Source of the DNA: Hydrolagus affinis | Taxonomy: Eukaryota | Assembly: GCA_012026655.1 (NCBI GenBank) | Contig: JAAILG010000953.1 | Span: 1-64,000, forward strand | Direction of reading: 5' to 3' | Length of the DNA: 64,000 nt | Shown here: positions 1 through 12,938 of the stretch, in pieces | Layout of the letters: each line of letters starts with the position of its first letter | Position numbering within the stretch: the stretch's first letter is position 1 | The notes under the pieces: model-generated | Databases searched by the model: none | Seen by the model: the letters and a program-made list of their open reading frames with translations, nothing else | Told to the model about the DNA's origin: nothing | Program-made: the position numbers and the translations under genes

Positions 1-1189
1 GAACAAACTTATCACATAAACTAGACACAAACTGAAATTTGAATCCAACTAAAAATAAATCAATCCCCGAGACAGGCATCATAACTGATTCTTGAGTTGT
101 TTGTGGTTTATGCAATTAAGGTTTGCCAACTAAATACCCAATGGTTACACTTTCAGTACATCATGTGAAGCCCTTGATACGTCCTCCCAGTGTGAAAGGC
201 GCTGTATCAAAAATGTAAGGATTACTGTATTCTTCTAAAAATACAGCTTAAATTCCACAAGTGGTTTATTGTTCATCAAACCATCAATTCCATAGTATTT
301 CTACATTAATATTCAGGAAATGGGTATAAATCTATATAATATAAGCTATGCATCTGAAGAGGATTTTCTTCAAGTCACCAGTTATCCACATCAACTTGAC
401 CCAAAGGAGGCTTTGAGTCCCATTATGTATTTGAAAGTACACTGTGCAGAGAAAATGTTTTAATGAAAATATAACCTACTCAGTTTCTTAACTGCACAGT
501 ATTAAAGCAATTCAGTGTTTTCATAAATAAAAGACAAGTTCAAGACAGACACCAGGAAGTATTTATTTATCCAGCTGACTCAAACAAGTTACTGGGAAGT
601 GCCAAGCAGCTGAGCTCCTATAGCAGCAGCCTAATGTTACGTTGGGAGAACATTTGGGTCAGTAGCCTGGAAGGGTTATGCTGTATTAAGGCCTTCTTCT
701 ATTCTGATCTCTTGTGATTGGACTTTTTATTAAATTCGTAATAGGTACACAAACCACACAGAGAAACGTTTAACCTGAACCACATGATGTGCAAATTATT
801 GTTGGATAGAAAATACTCCAATATTATACCATGAATATACAAATATACAGTACTGTACTATGTTTTTTTTAGAGAGACATATTTTTTCAATTTAATTTTT
901 ATTTTGAAAAGGAAATAGCCATCGCCAGTTTGGGTTTTTGGGTGATGATTTGTTGCAATCTATCGCCCACTGTATTCACAGTACAGATTATTAATGGTTA
1001 ACCGACAAGGCTGTCATGCAATCTTTATTTTCATTGTAAGATATCCACGTGGGGGAATTTGAACATAACACTGATCGCCATAGAATAATACACAAATATT
1101 GACTGTAGTTGACGGCTATTGCAGTAAACTATTGACCCGAGGATTACAGAAGTGATTGAATGTGTTATTATTCCAGCAGCCAAAGCATT

Positions 1190-1230
1190 ATTGCACACTC
1201 AGGTTCACTTCTGTAACCTGAGTGTGCAAT
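1190..1230. repeat. Perfect 16-bp inverted repeat with 9-nt loop
   Basis: ATTGCACACTCAGGTT-cacttctgt-AACCTGAGTGTGCAAT. Confidence 0.95.
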
Positions 1231-1364
1231 CAGGTTGGTTTACTTATCACAAGAAAAGTTTAGTCAATGTTTTGTTCATTGTATTACTTTTGACTAAATC
1301 TATTTAACATGTAAAAAATGGATCACACCTTATCCTGCTTTATTGCAAAGGAAATCTGTACCAT

Positions 1365-1775
1365 TCAATATTAGTGGACAATCGTGGTTGGTGGTTCCTG
1401 TTATTTTGTCCTCGGTGATCCTCACTACTATCAAGAGTAGAACCTTCATATCAATGAGTGATATATCAGTGGTACCAGTGAATTCAATTTATATGCTGAA
1501 AACATGTTGAAACGTACCCCACATTAGAAGTGGAACACATACTTTCTTCCTGAGGGATGCAACCTTTCAAACCAAATCCCAGAGACTATTCAGCTCTGGT
1601 TGGCAAGGTTTGGGGATCCCCCCAGAGTGTACATTGAGGAATACCAGAGGAATTCAACTAAGTAGAGTAGCTTGCCATTGAGATTACTGTCTAGCAAGCT
1701 TCCTAATGCTTGCCAGACAGTGTTCTCTGGCACCCTACCCATCGAGTTTCAAGATTTGGATTATGCTACGCTCTT
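1365..1775 (+). mobile_element. Decayed DIRS-like retrotransposon fragment (RNase H and downstream region)
   Basis: Translated remnants QE*NLHINE, YISGTSEFNLYAE, PETIQLWLARFGDP and LDYA resemble DIRS motifs ExxLHINxLE, YINxQGGTRS, PExFxxIxxxWGxP and LxYAFPP. Contains stops and deletions. Confidence 0.45.
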
Positions 1776-2188
1776 ACAAAGAACGTATAACACTGAAAAA
1801 GGCCACCACTCATCTCAACCAGTCCTTGCCGGTATTGCACTCCACATGAATCTCCAAACCCTCTTCTTCCCTCCTTCACCCTTCTATTCATCTCACCCTA
1901 ATGTGAAAGTCTAACTTATCCTTCAAGGCATTTGTACTATCTGATTCAAGCATCACTTCAGGCAATGACCAATTTGCACTCAATAATGTTCCACAAACAG
2001 CCATGAAGTGAATAATCAATATCATCTAGGGGACTGTTCTCCATCCCTTCACAAATATTTCCTTGGGATGTTTAATGGCCACCTGAAGAGATAAGCAGGA
2101 CATTGATTTAATATCTCATCCAAATGACAACATTTTCAACAATCCATTACTCCCCCAGGACTATATTAGAACATTGGTCTAACATTTG

Positions 2189-2811
2189 AAGTCCTGCAGC
2201 TAAATGGTTAGAGCAGTAGCCTTACAATCGAGAAACCTGGGTTCAATTCCAGGCAGGGCGAAACCTTGGGAAAGTTTACTTGCTACACATGATAATAATC
2301 CTTGCATTTGAAAAAGCGCTTTTCATGTCTTCTTGACATCTCAAAGCTCTTCACAGAATATATGTAAAATGAATTGACTGTATACTTGTGGGCAAAATGT
2401 GGCAGCCAATTGCGCACAGCAGTGTCCCACAAACAGTCATGGTTGAAATGACCAATTTTATTATTATTTTTTTTTGGAAGGATTATTATTAGACGTGTGG
2501 AGTAAGGAAACTTTATCCAAGGTTTTATCCTAACCTGCCTGGATTTGAACACAGGTCTCACGTCTGTAAGGCAAGTGTTCTAACCACTGAGCTACAGGAC
2601 TCCACAATGCATAAAAATCTCTCCAAAAAAAACTAAATAATAAAATTGGTCATTTCAATCCAAGACTATTTGTGAGACACTGCTGTGCACAATTGGCTGC
2701 ATGTTTCGCCTTCAAATATTCAGTCAATTCACTTTATGGTATATTTTGTGAAGCGCTTTAAGACATCTAGAAGACGTGAAAAGCGCTATAACAAATGCAA
2801 GGATAATTATT
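2189..2811 (+). mobile_element. Young tRNA-headed SINE, split by an antisense copy of the same family
   Basis: Head at 2189-2291; body and tail at 2604-2811. Confidence 0.85.
2292..2603 (-). mobile_element. Young tRNA-headed SINE, full length
   Basis: A box TAGCTCAGTGG, B box GTTCAAATCC, Deu-like core and (ATT)n tail. Confidence 0.92.
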
Positions 2812-4159
2812 AGAGTGTCACTGAAGAATTTTAGCTCAACGTCCTAATTTGGGGCTAGACCCCCAAACAACTGTCTATGAGGCGACACTGGTATCAAACT
2901 AGGACTTGTCCCCCTCTCTCTCATACTCACACCTAATCAAACCTTTTTCACTCTACCTAGTGTTGTTAGTGTTGCAAGAACATGAGTAAATAAAAATACA
3001 TCTGGCGTGGCCCAATAAACTCTTTCTTTTCTTGGATTTAAGTATAATGTGTTACTTTGTAAGTACTAATTAATCCATACCGTTACATAATAGTTAGTTA
3101 AAAAAATTATGCTTCCATAACAACTAACTAATTGCAGAGCTTTTCAGGCATCCGTTCAATCCTTCAACAAGCAACATCCCCTCAGCAATCGTTCTCCCCT
3201 ACCCTGAGCAAGCACTCGATTAAAAAGTGGCAAGGTTAGCAAGCAAGAAGCACTCAGAACTACTATAGCATGTAGATATGAACAAGAGGACTCCTGACTC
3301 TATTCAGGTTATTAGACCAAAGCTGTCAACTTAACATTGGTGAGCTCTCACCATCAAGTAGATGGCTGAGAGTTTTTTAAGTGAGGTTTTTGTTGCATAA
3401 CATCACTGAAATGTGCACAATGTGTTTCAGTTCAAAAGAATTGCAAAACCTGCAGTAGTAATAAAAAGAAAGATGGGCTCACGGAAAAGTGCTGTAGAGT
3501 GAAGATTTTCAAAGTGAACAAAAGATTTCTAAACTTGAAACAAAATCTCATTCTTACACTGATCCAATCCTCATTAACCACTGGGAACTCTGCTCTTGAG
3601 GTAAATTGTGTCCGGGCAAAAATCTTGCATGTTAGTGTGAGGTACCTTCAGATGCCAGTAGGAATCAGACTGAGCTACATTGGTATCCATGTTGTTGGTT
3701 CATCCACGAAACATACAGTCAATTCACAATACAGTATTTATGACATGATACGGCACTATATCAAATACAAGGATTATTATTATCACCATCCCATGAAGTG
3801 GCAATCAAGCACAATGCTGCTATCAATGAAGGAACCTCCAATTTAGATAATACATGTAGTTGCCTACCAAAATGAACAGTAACTACACTTTATAATATAT
3901 CCTGTGAAGTGGTTTGAGGCATGATCCTGACATGAAAGGCTCTATACCAAATGCAAATATTAGCCTTGTAATTACTGTATTCCACTAGGCTTTCCCTGAC
4001 CAGTAAATGATTTATTTTTCTTGATCTGCACCTCTCCAAAGGAAGTAAGGGCATTAAGAAAAGGATGAGGAGAAAAGGCGAAAAAATGGGAATGCTCTGC
4101 TGGAAGCTACAGTTGAAACCCAAAGCACCAATGCACCTCAAAGAAAACTTGGTCCATAC

Positions 4160-4305
4160 ACGAGGGAAAAGGGTATAGAGGGATACAGGGGAACAGATTA
4201 GGAGGTTTGTGTGGGGGCACCTGTGGATTACACACGGTAACAGGGACTAGTTGGGCTGAATGGCCTGTTTTCAGGTTGTATAATTTTGTGTAATTCTTTG
4301 TAATT
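4160..4305 (+). mobile_element. CR1 3'UTR remnant
   Basis: ttgggctgaatggcctgttt followed by a decayed tail, similar to the end of the 19070-19582 copy. Confidence 0.65.
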
Positions 4306-4878
4306 TCACGGTTCTAAGATGCTAAATCGTGTGATGGGCACTAAATAAATTCTTGATTTTAGTAAGCAAATAGACACCAAAACTCTGCAACTTGCTCCTG
4401 GATGTCGAAAGTTGGCAATTTGGGAGCTGGAAGTCCAATGCTGTGGGCCGAGTTTCTCAGATTTTATCACTGAGACTGGTGTCGGGAGAGCACAAATAAC
4501 AACAACAACTTGTATTGATATAGCGCCCTTCACGTGGGGTAGTGTCCAGAAGTGCTTACCCCAACATCCATATCCATTTGATGCCGTAAATAACAGATCC
4601 CATTATCGGCAACGGAATTCTTTTTTGTAAAGCAGGAATTTGTGAAAAACACACATTTTCGATGCAACATTGTCTTTTACAATTAAAAACCTCTTAAAAC
4701 CTTTAATGGATTGCAATTTGTTAATACTGACTTCATTTCCAAAGTTGTACAAATGACACAAGGATGATTATATATTAAAGCATAGATTTTATCCTTAGCA
4801 AGGCATTTTATTTGAACGTATGCATGATTTTTGCAAATACAAAAGGTTGATTCATTTTAAGTACCAGAGGTTACTTAC

Positions 4879-4955
4879 CCACAGAAAGGTTTGTTTCTAG
4901 AAATCTGGAAATGAGATTGACGATGGAACACAGCTGCACTTGTAGTTGCACTAAC
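4879..4955 (-). other. Candidate exon (77 nt): LVQLQVQLCSIVNLISRFLETNLSV
   Basis: Consensus donor GG|gtaagt and acceptor atccaccttccag. Two frames are open. No recognisable homology. Confidence 0.3.
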
Positions 4956-6654
4956 CTGGAAGGTGGATAACTATTCAATAATAGTAGAAGGTCAATGAGT
5001 GGAATAAGAGAAAGGCAACAATTTTCATCATTGTCTAATTTGTGCCTTGAGTTAACCATGCAGGCTCCTGACATACTTCATGTTGGTTGGTGATCATATA
5101 TATTGCTAAGGGCACTTGTAATCCGCTCTGTGCATATGTGATTTTACATGGTCAACATAACTTTCAAACTAGACTGTGTTGGAGGAATGGGCAATGCTAC
5201 ACCCGGATCAGGCATTGATCCGGCAAAACAACAACTTGCATTTATATAGCGCCCTTCATGGGGTGTAGTGTCCTGAAGTGCTTAGATAAAGGAGGAAGAT
5301 GAAGTGCAGGTATGGCTGACCGATGGTCGATAACAGGCTAAGGATTATATGTGGGAATGAGGAAGGTGAGACCAAGAACATCTGAGGACACAGCTGGCAA
5401 AGGGAGTGAAGAGAACTAGGTGCTTATGAAGCAAAATGGGCAAAGGCAAGAGGATCCAGCAAGTGTGATTAAAAGAGAGAGAGGCATCAAAGGATACAAA
5501 TGAACAGATAAAATATATTAATGGGAGGTTACTCCACTATCGTCTGCACCTCTGAACAAGCAAAAAACCTTTAGTTTTTTTATATATGGTTCAAGGTCCA
5601 TCACAAGACGTATCTCTTTGATCACATTTTCCCCTCCCACTTGGCTCCAAACCCCAGCTTGATTGCCAAGCCTGGACTGTTAAGCATTTTAGAATGTTCC
5701 CCTTCGTGTAAAGTGCTATATCAATGTAAATTTGCATTGTATTATGTTGCAGAAGGAACAATTGAATCAGTAGGAGTAACATATGTTTGAATGAAAGAGC
5801 TAGGCCGATAGTGTGTGTGAAGGGTAAATGTTAGAGATATCTTCATAAAATGTTATATTGCAGAAGAAAAAATAAGCAAACACTGTCTCAAAACAGGACA
5901 GAATTCATGAGTCAAGGATTAATATACAATAATACACCAAGCAAGCTAAATCCTGATGACCTTCCTTTCAATAAAAATAATTAGTACTCTTTGTGACCTT
6001 TTGAAAGTAATAAGGACAAAGAGGATGCTGGCAGCTGCCGGTGCAACAAGAAACACCTAAAATGGAATTAAAATACAATGTAAACAAACAAAACTATATA
6101 TTATAAGCATCCAGATATACTAGAGAATGGGTTCTAAACTGTAATCTCATTTCAGAGTCAAATAATGGTTACAAAATGCTAAAACTTTCTGGGTTTATCA
6201 TGATTTCAGGACTCCTTGATTAGATTACAACAATGCAAAATGCACCCCAGATATGATTATTCTCCGATTTTAAAATACAATGCAGATAAACCATACTAAA
6301 TCTTATCCATTTAAAATCCTGGTTTCAAGCAAAGCAATTCCCTATTTCATATTCTAATTTATGTTGACAGGAAGTTTGTTCCATGGTCAGATTTCCTCAC
6401 ATGAATATTCAAGTAAACATTACATCGTTGCTGTTCTGATATCTTTTTTTTGTCTTAAAAGATAATTGATATTGTTTTACCCAAGTAACATGGCAGTGAT
6501 AGTGATAGCTTAGTGTTTTGTTTGTAAAAACAGATAACAAACTACTCCTTTCTATGATAAGACACACTCCCATGGACAAATCCAGCATGATTTTGTTTTT
6601 GTTTTAAAATATAAAATGAGGCCTTAAATTATATCCTTTCAGTTTTGAACTGCA

Positions 6655-7110
6655 GAACTTCATAGTACTGAAGGTGGCCATTCAACCCATCATGTCTGTT
6701 TATCCATTCAGTCCCATTTACCTGTTCTTTACCTGCTCCCACTGCACCCCTTACACACACAGGTATGCCAATATCCCTGCAATTGACTCTTGTTTTTGAT
6801 TATTTATTAGCTTGCCTCTTGAAAGCTAATATGGATCTTTCCTTGACCACCACAAATGGCAGGGTAGGTACTCTGTCCACATCATAACAATGGTCTGTGT
6901 GAAAGCATTCTTCTAAATCTCCCCCTTTACTCCTTCGGCAATTATCTAAAATTGTGCCCTCGAGTCACTGACCAGTGAAAATAATCTCTCCCTATCTACT
7001 CCATCAAAACCCCTCATTATTTTAAAGATCTCTATCAGGTCTCCCCTCAACATTCATTGTTCCATTTTATCCAGTCTCCATTCATAGGTCATCCTCAGCA
7101 TTATCCTGGT
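6655..7110 (-). mobile_element. CR1 3' fragment, decayed
   Basis: Reverse complement gives LRGDLIEIFKIMRGFDGVDRE plus a CR1-type 3'UTR (ggccattcaaccc on +). Confidence 0.75.
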
Positions 7111-7139
7111 AAATTTCTTCCGCATCCTTCTGCATTGTT

Positions 7140-7458
7140 GAGTTCTGCAGCTCAGTGGTTAGAGTACTCGTCTTACAAGCGTGAGACCTGTGTTCGAATC
7201 CAGGCAGGTCAGGGTGAAACCTTGGGCAAGTTTCCTTTCTCCACACGCTTAATAATAATCCCTCAAAAAAAACACAATAATAAAATTGGTCATTTCAATC
7301 CACGACTGTTTGTGGGAAACTGCTGTGTGCAATAGGCTGCCACGTTTTGCCCATAAATATACAGTTCATTCATTTTACAGTATATTCTGTGAAGCGCTCT
7401 GAGACGTCCAGAAGATGTGAAAAGTGATGTATCAAATGCAAGGGTTGTTATTATTGTT
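7140..7458 (+). mobile_element. Young tRNA-headed SINE, full length
   Basis: cagctcagtggttagag..cttacaag..gttcgaatcc head, followed by core and tail. Confidence 0.92.
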
Positions 7459-7655
7459 AATAGTGCTTTTTTGCATTATTTCAATATTATAATTAATAAT
7501 TGATGCATATTATGGTGTATTAAAGCTCTGAAGCATTGGCTTTCAATGATGTGAAAGTCGCTATACAAGTATAATGTTGTTGTTGTTGTTAATGGATTGA
7601 GTCAAGTTTTGGTCATCTCACTTTATGAATGATGTCAGGGCCCTAGAGAGAGGGT

Positions 7656-7929
7656 AATAAATAATAATAATCATCCTTGCATTTGATATAGCGTTTTTCA
7701 TGTCTTCTCGCTGCCTCAAAGCGCTTCACAAAATATTCTGTAAAGTGAATTGACTGTATATTTGTGGGTGAAACCCGGCAGCCAATTGCACACAGGGACC
7801 AATTTATTATTTTTTGTAGGGTTTATTATCAGGCGTGTGGAGTAAGGAAACTTGCCCAAGATTTCGTCCTGCTGGAATCAAACCCAAATCTCTCGCTTGC
7901 AAGGCCCTACCACTGAGCTACAGGACTCC
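7656..7929 (-). mobile_element. Young tRNA-headed SINE with internal deletions
   Basis: Head, core and tail match the other copies. Confidence 0.88.
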
Positions 7930-10900
7930 ACTTAATTTTATTTTCCTGGACAAAAAGGCATGGATGCTGTTCTGCATTCACAAGTGCTAATCGCAAATAC
8001 CTGTATAAAGATGGGCTGCTGTCTGCAGTGTATATGTTTGACTGAAATAATTTTGAGATGATTAAGTCACAGTTTGTATCTCCCTGCTTTTAAACTGAGT
8101 GTTTCTGGCTCATAGCCTGTACCTTAGAAAAAGCGCTCTAATCCCCAAGAGGAAAAAGCTCACCCGGTATGTGGGAACGCACATTAATGTGCAACAAAAG
8201 CCTTATAGCTGCAGTATCAGGTAAAACAATGCAATTGCCACAGAATCTGTAAATTCAAGGCTTCTCCAAAGGGAAACACAGGATTTGAATGTTTCCTAAA
8301 CCTTATACAGTACTACAATTACAGCACATAGATCATTTGTAAAAAAAAAATTTAGTTGCAGGAAGATGTGGTTGTCTGTTCTATGGACAATGAATATCAG
8401 TTGATCAGATGTGTGTTCAACTGAAGGGAACAACATTGTTGCGCAACGATTGGCACAGGATTTCTTTGCAAAGAGACAGAGATACAATGCAATAAAAGAC
8501 AACACTGGTTTCAGTCTGAGTTTCTATCTTTTAAAAATATATTTGTTGATTACTAATGATGCTAAAAAAAACCTCTCTTCAGTGTGTTGAAACAAAGCAT
8601 CTAATCCTTTCAAAAAGAAGAGCGCATTAAAAAAAAAGTGTAATTGTTACAACAATGAGGTCACTTACGATAGACCCTTACTGCAATCTGTTAAGAGTTA
8701 ATGTTTCCTTTCTGTTTTAAAAGGTTCAATTACAGTGCCAGTAAAATTGCATGGATTGTGTATGCCTCCTATTGGCCTGCTCCTATCAACCATACCTAAC
8801 AAGCTCCTCAACCAGTGTATGAATCAGACACTAAATCTTCTTTGAGTGTCAAATACCTTCTTCTCCAATCTGATCTCTAGCTTTTAGCACTTTCCCCCTT
8901 CAAATCCTTCTGTGTGGTTAGTTATGCATGGTAAATAAACTGAGTCAAATGTAAGACATCCATTTGATTATGAAACACATTAATAAACTGAATATGTCCC
9001 ATATGCAGCAAAAAAGCTCTTTTAACAATCCATTTATGGCACCCTACAGCCTGTAATTTCACACATAAATTTAGTGAGCAAAGCTATCAACCCCCTATAC
9101 ATCTTATACAGTCCATTGGATGATGGTTAAAAAATAAGGCAATGGCAAGAAGGGTAGGACATGCTGAACTCCACATTTAAATCATTCCTGCATTTCTACA
9201 TGTCTACAATACAGATCCCATTTGCTGATGTGCTGTTGTTAACGATATGTGCATTAACCTGCACAATAAATTGTGAAATATATTTGTGCATTCAGCCACT
9301 TTTCACAAATACATAATCTGTATTGTAATCTATAGCATTTGATATTCAAATAGCTATTTGTAATAAATAAATCCAGCCTACTTATATAGATTAAATTACA
9401 TTGTGCTTCAAAAGAAACACATCTGACAAGCGTGGAAAAAAAACATAAATGTTATATTCAGATAAATAACTGATTTCACAAAATAAAATGGAAAATATTT
9501 TAGTAATTAAAATTGCATGCGTAATTTTGTTATTTATTTTATTAGTTTGTGAAAAATGTGTTAAAAGTAAAATTGTATTTTACTCTAAGCTAAACCATTT
9601 GCTGCAATTTTACAATTTTAAATAATTAATAAAATTATGTCAGAGCAGGTTTTCATATGGAAACAACAAAATATAACCTTGTAAAAGAACAATTAAATGA
9701 ATGCTTTTTAAATTCTATCTTTTCAAATAATAAAGAAAATTGAGATTGTTAAGTAGCAGTGTTTAAAATCTAAATGCAGTCGATAAAAATACAAAATTGC
9801 TAAATCTAAATCAAATCGGTAATCGCATCGGCAATAAAAAAAGACAGCAATCCTTTAAGTGCAAATGCTATTTATTAATTCCAGCGACCATTATGTAACT
9901 ATACATTTCTTTGTACATTTGGTGAAAATGGTCCGTGGATTATTATTCAGAATTATTATGCTGATTCTTGTTCTAATGCAAGCTACTTGTTCAGTTAGCC
10001 TTGTCACACTGCACTACACTGGAACTCTACTGGCTTATTTTGCTTAAGACAGTTAAAACTGATCAATTGTCATTATTTATCTAACCCAATACAGATAATC
10101 AGCTAAAACCTCCTGACACGACGGACAATGCATGATGGTTAAATGTCAATGGTGAAGTCAGAATTCCAATTGCACTTTGTCAATGGACAGATCAACTCAT
10201 CTCCGCCTCATTCTTTGCGGTAATGATTACTCATTTTAATTAAATTTATTAGTCAACTTGTAGACTTTAAACACTAACAAGCTAAACGCTGCTGTTTTTA
10301 CAGGCAGATTTGATAAAATATGACATGGGTGTGATGCACAGTGAAGCACATGAATGAAGCGATCACTGTCTACGTTACAGCACTTTAAGAGCCCACCTCT
10401 CCAATGCCAGCAGAAAAAGTGCAAAAGCCAAATTAGTTACATGTACAATTGATTGTGCATATCATACAGGACAGCTATACCATATGCTTATGTAATTATA
10501 TCACCCTGGTTTAGATATGTGTTTTGTTATAATCTTTTTTGCGCCTAAATTCAAGATCAGAAATAAGGCTTGGGTAAAATTTAGCAATACTTTTGTTTTA
10601 GTAATGTTTCCATGTAATAGTGAGACTTCTATAGAACTGTAATATAAGTCTCACATAGGTTCGCTTAATACTGTAGATGCGTATACGTTAAGGAGTAAAA
10701 CAAAACAATCAGAATGCAACACTGAAATAACTACAGAAAGATAAACTTGACCAGCAATGAACACAAGAGCACTTTATTTTTACCTCTTGTTTTGTTTTGC
10801 TCTCCAATGCTTAATTTAAGAAGGAACATCAAAGATGCAGCTGACGATTTTGAAGCATGGGACGGAAACTGGACTTGAATGGTCCTTTACAAAGGCTTGA

Positions 10901-11355
10901 CTTCAGGATCTAGCCAAGCTCAAACAGCAAATGACCTTACCATTGCTCCTCGCACACAAAAAAGGTCAGGCGCAGTTTTAGATATACAATGCATGTGACT
11001 TGGAAATTATTCCACAAGCAACTGAAAATGTATTCATAATGAGTCTGGTTTTGTTGTCTGTTCTTTGGCATTTAATTGAGAGATGCTTTCTCGCTTTCTC
11101 GCTCCCACCCACCCCCACCTTCCCCTCTACACACACACACACACACACACCCTTGCCCAGAATAGGCTCATCTCAAGCATATCACTGATGAGAGGACGGA
11201 TAGACTTATGCATAAAATGGCAGTTTTTCTGAACATAATTGTGGATTGATAAATAACCATTCCCGGCAACTAAGTGAGACAAAAAATTCTCTATATTCAA
11301 CCTAAATTTAAAACATTTGAAAACTGTCCAGCCATTGTAAAATAATTACAAGGTT

Positions 11356-11931
11356 CGTCACAGAGTCCCCATTTGTGACATACAATTCACCGATGCTCTA
11401 TGTGGTTCCTCCATGTTACACTGACCTTGTTCTCTCTAGTCTATACAGACTCAGACCACACAGCNNNNNNNNNNNNNNNNNNNNNNNNNNNNNNNNNNNN
11501 NNNNNNNNNNNNNNNNNNNNNNNNNNNNNNNNNNNNNNNNNNNNNNNNNNNNNNNNNNNNNNNNNNNNNNNNNNNNNNNNNNNNNNNNNNNNNNNNNNNN
11601 NNNNNNNNNNNNNNNNNNNNNNNNNNNNNNNNNNNNNNNNNNNNNNNNNNNNNNNNNNNNNNNNNNNNACAATAAAGGCAGGATTTAGAGCTGGGGCAGA
11701 GATCGTTAGGAAGCTGCGAAATGAATGAACTGCAGAAATTGTGGAGCTGTGGTTCCTGGTTTTGGGGTTATGGGCTGGCTAACAGCTCTGGTTGTACTTT
11801 GGTCTGGGGAAATGTAAACCCTAACTCACCGGCCACACAATAAGGTTAGCAACGGGAAGAACACATAAAGCAGACAAGACAAGGCCTCGGCATTCGGAAA
11901 TGGCAGAAAGGGAGAGAAGTTTTTATTTACA
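11356..11931. mobile_element. LTR-like insertion spanning the assembly gap
   Basis: Starts CGTCACA (TG-like), ends TTTACA, is flanked by 5-bp AGGTT on both sides, has AATAAA at 11671 and is GC-richer than its flanks. Confidence 0.4.
11465..11668. other. Assembly gap (204 N)
   Basis: Run of N. Confidence 0.99.
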
Positions 11932-12854
11932 AGGTTTCAGCCTAGATACTAACTATCAGAATCTTTATTGATGAATTAAGATTGTTTAATATAATTTCCT
12001 GATTTAACTAGCTATAACTAGCTAGTCAAATATGCTAAGACAAACAGAAATGCATGTACAATTTTTTTCAACTGTACATTTTTTGTGTCAGAACACGAGA
12101 CTATCACAAAGCAAGTTCGATTTAAAACATAAAATCAGAGCCTGCTCATTTATTGAAATTATGGCAAAGGCTATTTCTTTTCAATACTACAGTAAATAAT
12201 GGATTAGAAATGAACACATTTCAATGAAGTGATAATTACATACACCTATTAATATAAATTAATAGTGCGAGCCATGTACTTATCATTTGAAAACCATTAG
12301 GATAAAAAATTAGAGAGTCAAATCACAAGCTTCAATATTCATAAATAATGTCAGAGAAAGGTTTGTCCTGTGACACAGATTTTGGTTAATCTGAGACGCC
12401 AGTTAAATGGTAAATGAAGCTAAATGACCCATGAATGAATATTTACAATATTTTTATGGTAATGTCCCAATATATTTTTTGAAATCTTTCTGCTTGTGAT
12501 ACCCGAGACTTGACAACGCTAAATAACAGAAAGCTCCCGTAAAATGAACAGCAAACACTTATGATTTCTTCCCCAATGCTGACAGAACAAAGTGCAGATA
12601 AATTCACCTGAAATCTACATTAAAATTACCGGTGCAATTATGAAGCAATTTAAAAAAAACAAAGAAGAAATAAATGCTGCAATGATATGACATTATTCAT
12701 ACAATGAATGTATTAATATCCCAGCATCGTTATCCTTTATTTGAAGTCTCACCCCTGGATGCCTACTGTTTTCGCTGGATGTTAGAATGTCGGAAGAAAA
12801 TAAGTGAAAGCACATCTCATCATGGGGTAAATTGTCTGTCGAAAATAAATGTAC

Positions 12855-12938
12855 TTAGTTTCTGATTTGAATGCTGCATTCTGCGAAAATAGGCTGGATT
12901 GCTGGATTGTTATCATTGTCTGTGAAGACCAATCTTTC
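12855..12938 (-). other. Candidate exon (84 nt): KDWSSQTMITIQQSSLFSQNAAFKSET
   Basis: Very strong acceptor ttttttttctttctctccgttcag, weak donor AA|gtacat. No recognisable homology. Confidence 0.25.

Larger units (their letters stand above)
1970..2890 (-). mobile_element. Old Deu-domain SINE (SacSINE1/AmnSINE1-like) hosting the nested young SINEs
   Basis: ttaatatctcatccaaatgaca..actcccccaggact on the left; agagtgtca..ctcaacgtcc..ggggctagaccc on the right. Confidence 0.65.

Noticed and set aside
7140-7212. tRNA-Val(TAC) gene (also at 16435, 18921, 47190)
   Set aside because: Each runs directly into a SINE body and tail, has an imperfect T stem and differs between copies; these are SINE heads.
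8115-10878. Possible plus-strand exon pair (LYLRKSALIPKRKKLT / RNIKDAADDFEAWDGNWT*)
   Set aside because: Weak acceptor, no recognisable homology and no further supporting exons; compatible with chance.
11375-11728. ORFs spanning the N run
   Set aside because: Artefacts of the assembly gap.
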